From Gammaproteobacteria bacterium (GTDB lineage Bacteria; Pseudomonadota; Gammaproteobacteria; JAGOUN01): 64,000 nt of DNA. This document shows positions 59,036-64,000 of the stretch, one piece after another. The number at the start of each line of letters is the position of its first letter. Position 1 is the stretch's first letter. The DNA is taken from the NCBI GenBank assembly GCA_046290385.1, contig JBKAGM010000004.1, positions 9,010 to 73,009 of the forward strand. Direction: 5' to 3'. The position numbers were made by a program, and so were the translations under genes. The notes below the pieces were generated by a model that was not told the origin of the DNA, made no database searches, and saw only the letters and a program-made list of their open reading frames with translations.

Positions 59036-59680
59036 ATGAGTGAACATAATTTTGGAAATATTCGTCGAACTTATACCCATCCAGCATTATCTCTGGAAAA
59101 CATTTCCCGCAATCCGTTTGAACAATTTAATCAATGGTTTCAAGCTATTTTAAAAATCCCAGAAATTTTAGATCCTACAGCAATGGTTCTAGCTACTGTT
59201 GACAAAAACAACCAACCCGAAACTCGGATTGTGTTACTTAAAGAAATTTATGAAGAACAATTCTTGTTTTATACCAATTATCAGAGCCAGAAAGGAGACG
59301 CTTTGGCACAGCATCCAGTAGCAGCGCTTAATTTTTATTGGCCGCAGGCTTGCAGACAAGTTCGTGTTAGAGGAAAGGTGGCAAAAGCGCCTGAGCATTT
59401 GTCTGACCAGTATTTTCATGAAAGACCGCATGCGAGTCAAATTGCAGCTGTTGCTTCACCGCAAAGCACTGTCATTGAAAAAAAGACATTGATTAAACAA
59501 TTTAAAGAAATCGCAGAGAAATATAAAGGTAAAGAAGTGCCACGTCCTAAACATTGGGGAGGATATTTAGTTTCGCCTTTTGAATTCGAATTCTGGCAAG
59601 GGGGGGAAGATAGACTTCATGATCGTATTAGATATATTTTACAAAAAGGGGAATGGGGGCGTCAAAGACTAGCACCCTAG
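59036..59680 (+). CDS. pdxH: pyridoxamine 5'-phosphate oxidase
   Basis: FMN-binding split-barrel. Conserved RIVLLK and a C-terminal HWGGY...FEFWQG...RLHDR motif. Confidence 0.9.
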   Translation: MSEHNFGNIRRTYTHPALSLENISRNPFEQFNQWFQAILKIPEILDPTAMVLATVDKNNQPETRIVLLKEIYEEQFLFYTNYQSQKGDALAQHPVAALNFYWPQACRQVRVRGKVAKAPEHLSDQYFHERPHASQIAAVASPQSTVIEKKTLIKQFKEIAEKYKGKEVPRPKHWGGYLVSPFEFEFWQGGEDRLHDRIRYILQKGEWGRQRLAP

Positions 59681-59706
59681 CTTTTTTCTTATTCCTGATG
59701 ATGAGC

Positions 59707-61191
59707 CTAATCTCCACCAACATCGTGCGATAAGCGTTTAAGGAGCGGCACAAAGAATGCCATCAGAATACTCACAGCAACGGTGATCAAACCAATCTCG
59801 AGAAATAAGTGTATATAAATGGGCAGTGTTTTTAAGGGGTCAGTGATATTACGTGGAACGCTTGCCAGACTAGCAACTTTACCTGCGATGATGCCCGCGA
59901 TGGAAGTACATAAGAACCAAGCGCCCATTGTAAATCCCATTAAACGTTGCGGCACAAAGCGAGAGACCATTGCCAAACCTAAAGCACTAACAAGCAATTC
60001 ACCGAGACATTCTAAGAAGTAAAAAAGCACTAACCAGCCAGCTGACATAATGCCTTGAGGGTGATTGGTAATCATTGCCCCTAGTGGGATGGATAAGAAT
60101 CCTAACCCTGTTAATAATGTGCCTAATGTAAATTTGCTGGGCATAGATAAATCTTTGTCGTGATAGGCCAACTTGCTATACAACATGGCAAGCAGAGGAC
60201 TTAGAACGATAATCCAGAAAGGATTAAGCGATTGAAACGAGGCAGGTTCAATAGGAAGACCAATTAAGGAATGCTGTATATTTCTTAAGGTAAATAAGTT
60301 AATGGAGGTCGGCATTTGGAAATATAAAACAAAAAAGACGATCGCTTGAAACATTAATACTAGGCACAATATTAGAGATTTTCTCTCCTGGCCCTTCGTT
60401 TTCAAAATTTCATAAATGAATACACCAAATATGATGACTCCACCGATGAGAATTAACCAGCCTGAAAATTTGTAGTGCATTAATAACCAAGAGCATAGTG
60501 CAGTTAATGCGATCACGATTGCAATGACATAGAGAAAAATTCTCATATTAAAAGATAAAAAATCAGGTCGTGACCCAAATTCATCGACGGTGTGTCGCAT
60601 CGCGATATAAAATATCAACGCCAGTACTAAACCAATCGCACAGATAGCAAAGGCAAAATGCCACCCATATATCGCGCTGAAAACAGGTGTGAGCGCCATA
60701 GAAAAAAATGACCCAAGATTAACCGCCATGTAATAGAGTGTAAACCCTCCATCGATTTTTGCTTCATCACCTTCATATATTTTAGATAACAAACTGGAAG
60801 GGTTTGCCTTAAATAGACCTACCCCAACAGCGATAATGGCTAATGGGATATTGATGTCATCAACACCAGGAATAGCGAGTGCACTGTAACCTATGATTAA
60901 TATCACTGTTCCAAGAATAATAGTGCGTTTTGTTCCGAGGAGATGATCACCAACATATCCGCCAGCTGCTGGCAGCAAATAAACTAATGCAGAAAAAGCG
61001 GCAAACAGATTGTCGGCGTGTGTGTCAGAATAACCAAGGTGCTTGACGAAGAACAGCACGATCAAGGCTTGCATGCCATAATAACCAAAGCGTTCCCACA
61101 GTTCGATGAAGAAAATTAAATAAAAAGCACGTGGTTGCTTGAGCGTTGCTAGTGCCGACATTATTCCTGAACTCCTGCAGCTGTAAAGCAT
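59707..61191 (-). CDS. proton-dependent oligopeptide transporter (POT/PTR2 family)
   Basis: ELWERFGYYGMQALIVLFF PTR2 signature. The start is probably the Met at 61161. Confidence 0.85.
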   Translation of the reverse strand: MLYSCRSSGIMSALATLKQPRAFYLIFFIELWERFGYYGMQALIVLFFVKHLGYSDTHADNLFAAFSALVYLLPAAGGYVGDHLLGTKRTIILGTVILIIGYSALAIPGVDDINIPLAIIAVGVGLFKANPSSLLSKIYEGDEAKIDGGFTLYYMAVNLGSFFSMALTPVFSAIYGWHFAFAICAIGLVLALIFYIAMRHTVDEFGSRPDFLSFNMRIFLYVIAIVIALTALCSWLLMHYKFSGWLILIGGVIIFGVFIYEILKTKGQERKSLILCLVLMFQAIVFFVLYFQMPTSINLFTLRNIQHSLIGLPIEPASFQSLNPFWIIVLSPLLAMLYSKLAYHDKDLSMPSKFTLGTLLTGLGFLSIPLGAMITNHPQGIMSAGWLVLFYFLECLGELLVSALGLAMVSRFVPQRLMGFTMGAWFLCTSIAGIIAGKVASLASVPRNITDPLKTLPIYIHLFLEIGLITVAVSILMAFFVPLLKRLSHDVGGD

Positions 61192-61303
61192 TAGTTATAT
61201 TTTTGGTGCAAACTTCATAATAAGTGAATGTAGTAATTTTATCAAGCAAAAATGATTTATTAATAGCCAAAGATCTAGTACTATTAGTGTATTAGGAGTC
61301 AAA

Positions 61304-62251
61304 ATGGTCTATCTATTCGCATTGTTAGGTTTTTTATGCCTTTTTATAGGAGGCGCATGGTATGTGCGCAGTCTAATCAAATATGCAGGATTATTTCATG
61401 TTTCCACAAGTGTAACGGGCGCTGTATTAGGAGGTTTTGGAACATCTATGCCTGAGTTGCTCGTTAGTATCAGCGCGGCCATGAAACACCAAACAGGCCT
61501 AGTGCTTGGGAATGTTGTGGGCAGTAACATTACTAACATTTTATTGATAATGGGTTTGTCATCGCTTGTTGCAACATTGATTTTCAATAAAAAATCGATG
61601 ATGTTTGATACGGTATTTTTATTTTTTATTACCTTGTTTTTTTTGTTGCTAAGTTTTATTAATCAACTTAATTTTGTGACAGGTATTATTTTACTTATAT
61701 TACTTTTAGGTTACTTATATTGGTCTTTTAAAAAGCCTGTTCACGAAAATTCTGTTGAAACAATCATGAAAATTGATGATCAGCACTGGCGGAAGCAATT
61801 TTTTATCAGTGCAATATTGTTTATTTTGGGGTTAGGATTGCTGATTGTAGGAGCGGAATTAATCGTAAACAATGCAATTAAGATTGCCGCAATTTGGCAT
61901 ATTCCTCCAGCAGTTGTAGGCTTGACTCTTGTTGCTGTTGGTACATCATTACCTGAGATAGCTACTTCTGTAATGGCTGCGATAAAAGGACATGCAGAAA
62001 TCGCCATTGCTAACATTTTTGGAAGTAATATTTTTAATATGCTAGGTGTGATAGGTGTTTCTGCATTAATTAGCCCTTTGCAACCAAGTTGGAGAATTGT
62101 AGCCATCGATAATATTGTTATGATGTTTTCAACTTTAGTTTTATGCGGGCTTATTTTTCGGGGGAAATCGGTCACTTGGCGTTCCGGGCTGTTGTTATTA
62201 TTGGCGTATTCGGTATATTTGTATATCATATGGGTAACACGTGCGCTATAA
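61304..62251 (+). CDS. Ca2+/cation antiporter (CaCA, YrbG-like) family protein
   Basis: Two alpha-repeats GTSMPEL...GSNITN and GTSLPEIATS...GSNIFN. Confidence 0.8.
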   Translation: MVYLFALLGFLCLFIGGAWYVRSLIKYAGLFHVSTSVTGAVLGGFGTSMPELLVSISAAMKHQTGLVLGNVVGSNITNILLIMGLSSLVATLIFNKKSMMFDTVFLFFITLFFLLLSFINQLNFVTGIILLILLLGYLYWSFKKPVHENSVETIMKIDDQHWRKQFFISAILFILGLGLLIVGAELIVNNAIKIAAIWHIPPAVVGLTLVAVGTSLPEIATSVMAAIKGHAEIAIANIFGSNIFNMLGVIGVSALISPLQPSWRIVAIDNIVMMFSTLVLCGLIFRGKSVTWRSGLLLLLAYSVYLYIIWVTRAL

Positions 62252-62274
62252 CGTATTACACTAAGGAGAGAAAG

Positions 62275-62904
62275 ATGAAAAAAATCATGACATTGATTGT
62301 TTTATGTTGTTTACCGATAGCTGCATTTTCTATCACATTACCTGTGTCAGCATATACTGCCACGTATACCTTCGAAGGGGATGGCGCAAAAGGAACCGTA
62401 ACCCGTTCGTTGGATTTCCCAGAAAAAAACAAATATACAATACAATCTATTTTGGAAGCGCATAAGGCGATATTTTCAAATACTATCACCCGAACGGCAG
62501 ACGGAGTGGTGCAAGGTTATAAATTGCGCCCAATAAGTTTGGTAACACACAATGCAAAAACCGATCATGAAGTCACGCAAAATATTCCTAATGGAGCCGT
62601 AGATCAACTGAGTGCAATATTACAAATGCGATTGGATTTGATTCATCGTAAAACGAGTTTTACATTTAATATTATAGAAAATAATAAAGTCTTAGAAATA
62701 CCGTTTAAAGTGATTAATCGTCATGCCAATCTAAAAACACCAATGGGAGTTTTGGATACCATTCAAGTTGGTGGAAATAATAAAGGACATATTGAATTAT
62801 ATTGGTTTTCTAAAAAATATGATTATCTTATGGTGGGAGCACAAGTGTCTGAAAATCAAAAAGTTACGATGAAATCTATGCTAAGCGAATATACTGCTAA
62901 ATAA
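62275..62904 (+). CDS. hypothetical secreted protein
   Basis: The start is taken at MKKIMTLIVL (signal peptide); the ORF call 62143..62904 begins upstream. Beta-rich, no assignable family (possibly DUF3108-like). Confidence 0.4.
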   Translation: MKKIMTLIVLCCLPIAAFSITLPVSAYTATYTFEGDGAKGTVTRSLDFPEKNKYTIQSILEAHKAIFSNTITRTADGVVQGYKLRPISLVTHNAKTDHEVTQNIPNGAVDQLSAILQMRLDLIHRKTSFTFNIIENNKVLEIPFKVINRHANLKTPMGVLDTIQVGGNNKGHIELYWFSKKYDYLMVGAQVSENQKVTMKSMLSEYTAK

Positions 62905-63080
62905 TGTTTATTATTGGGTGATAGTGAGATTTTCTCTTACTATCATCCACTTAAAATTTTTTTAAAAAAACCTCTTCACATTTCAATAATTTTTGTCTAG
63001 AATACTCAAATACCGCAAGGGGCGGTATGACATCTCTTCTAGGAGATGTACCGAGACAAGGATCAGTCGGAGGTGCTATA

Positions 63081-63514
63081 TGAGCATGGAACGCGAAAAT
63101 ACTTTTCAAGGCTTTACGCCATATCAATTAAATTCTAATGAAACCTACATGAATGACTCACAGTGCGAGCATTTTCGTAGTATTCTCCTTAACTGGAAAG
63201 CAGAGCTCTTACAGAGCGTCGCAGCCACGTTAGAGGAAATTAAGCAGAATCAGCAATATTGCCCAGATGAAGCTGATATGGCAGCAAATTCAATTCTATT
63301 TAATTGGGAGATGGTTAGTCGTGATCGTGATCGTCGATTGATGAAAAAAATTGAAGAATCACTCGAGCGCATCAAACAAGGTGAATATGGTTATTGTGAG
63401 GAATGTGGGATCGAAATAGGCATTCCACGTTTGGAAGCGCGTCCAACAGCATCAAAATGCTTTGATTGCAAAACAGTTGAGGAAATAAAAGACAAGCATC
63501 GTGAGTGCGCATAG
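63081..63514 (+). CDS. dksA: RNA polymerase-binding transcription factor DksA (canonical, C4 zinc finger)
   Basis: Tip DEADMAA, then GYCEECGIEIGIPRLEARPTASKCFDCK four-Cys zinc ribbon. The ORF call 62993..63514 begins upstream; the start is probably MSMERE. Confidence 0.85.
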
Positions 63515-63538
63515 CCCACATGCATAGAAATCAAAAAC

Positions 63539-63567
63539 ACCCCTGCATAAGCGGGGGTTGTTTTTTA
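63539..63567 (+). terminator. rho-independent terminator after dksA
   Basis: cccctgc-ataa-gcggggg stem followed by ttgTTTTTT. Confidence 0.7.
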
Positions 63568-63574
63568 ACTAGAT

Positions 63575-63730
63575 CTACTTGGCTTCGTCTTCGTACCAAT
63601 CAGCAAAAAGGTCATCTTCATAGTAGCTTAAGCAAGGCTTTTTGTTAGCCTGAGTCTTAACCTTAGCACTTTGTGCTACTGTAGCATCTTGAGGACGAGA
63701 GTCTTGTTCTTGTTCGTTTCTAATAATCAT
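63575..63730 (-). CDS. small hypothetical ORF (51 aa)
   Basis: MIIRNEQEQDSRPQDATVAQSAKVKTQANKKPCLSYYEDDLFADWYEDEAK. Below the 60-aa cutoff of the ORF track. Convergent with dksA. Confidence 0.2.
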   Translation of the reverse strand: MIIRNEQEQDSRPQDATVAQSAKVKTQANKKPCLSYYEDDLFADWYEDEAK

Positions 63731-63906
63731 AATGCTCGTTTAGTTTGTTCTAGCCAATGTCCGTATTGTACAAATTTTTTACTAAAAAAGCTAGGGTTTC
63801 AAGGAAAATTAATAAAAAATAATTTTACCCAATCACTACTTGCCTGCTCATCCTGAGCATCACTATAATGGTACATGAATCTTGAAAAAAAGAAAAGGGT
63901 ATCTTA

Positions 63907-64000
63907 ATGAAAAATAGGAAGAAATTTTTCATCGGATTGGTTATTTTTTTGTTAGTAAAATTACCAGCCGCTTATGCGTTTGGCGCTAGAGAATTGTATA
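63907..64000 (+). CDS. N-terminus of a signal-peptide protein; the remainder lies beyond the window edge
   Basis: MKNRKKFFIGLVIFLLVKLPAAYAFG... is a typical Sec signal peptide. The ORF runs off the window. Confidence 0.3.
   Translation, partial: MKNRKKFFIGLVIFLLVKLPAAYAFGARELY

Noticed and set aside
1-64000. Search for transposases, IS elements, integrases, rRNA or tRNA genes
   Set aside because: None recognised. No DDE or tyrosine-recombinase-like ORF, and no tRNA-like structures noticed. The plasmid-like module therefore has no obvious integrase in this window.

Overview
This 64 kb window looks like a chromosomal segment of a low-GC, Legionellales-type gammaproteobacterium. The call rests on a Coxiella/Legionella-like gene content: a histone H1-like protein, CsrA, several large orphan proteins and eukaryote-like enzymes. 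The exact organism cannot be assigned from the sequence alone. Housekeeping content is dense: bioH-bioF-bioB with divergent bioA, folE, a single carA-carB-pyrB-pyrC-pyrE operon, serB-serA, lexA, clpA, cydAB, pdxH, nagA, fis, nudC and two dksA paralogs. An RND efflux operon ends in a phosphopantetheinyl transferase. Several accessory elements are embedded in this backbone. (1) Five co-directional minus-strand genes (13090-18711) with overlaps of 1-4 nt and one 12-nt gap, read as an operon. It runs indoleamine 2,3-dioxygenase homologue, secreted acid-sphingomyelinase-like metallophosphoesterase, APC amino-acid permease, NSS-family Na+:amino-acid symporter and a DUF2062 protein. This looks like a transporter-coupled tryptophan/kynurenine module. 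(2) A candidate Csr/Rsm-type small RNA (about 4570-4693) carrying seven GGA motifs, about 0.9 kb from csrA. (3) A plasmid-type replication/partition module in chromosomal context: five 21-22 bp iterons, a Rep initiator, parA, parB. It sits next to an orphan chromosomal-type ParB/Spo0J with a parS-like palindrome at its stop codon. (4) An AbiEi/AbiEii type IV toxin-antitoxin/abortive-infection pair with an ATGCATGA stop/start overlap. (5) Three large proteins without recognisable domains (candidate secreted effectors) and a lysine-rich histone H1-like gene with internal tandem repeats. No rRNA, tRNA, CRISPR array or transposase was found.
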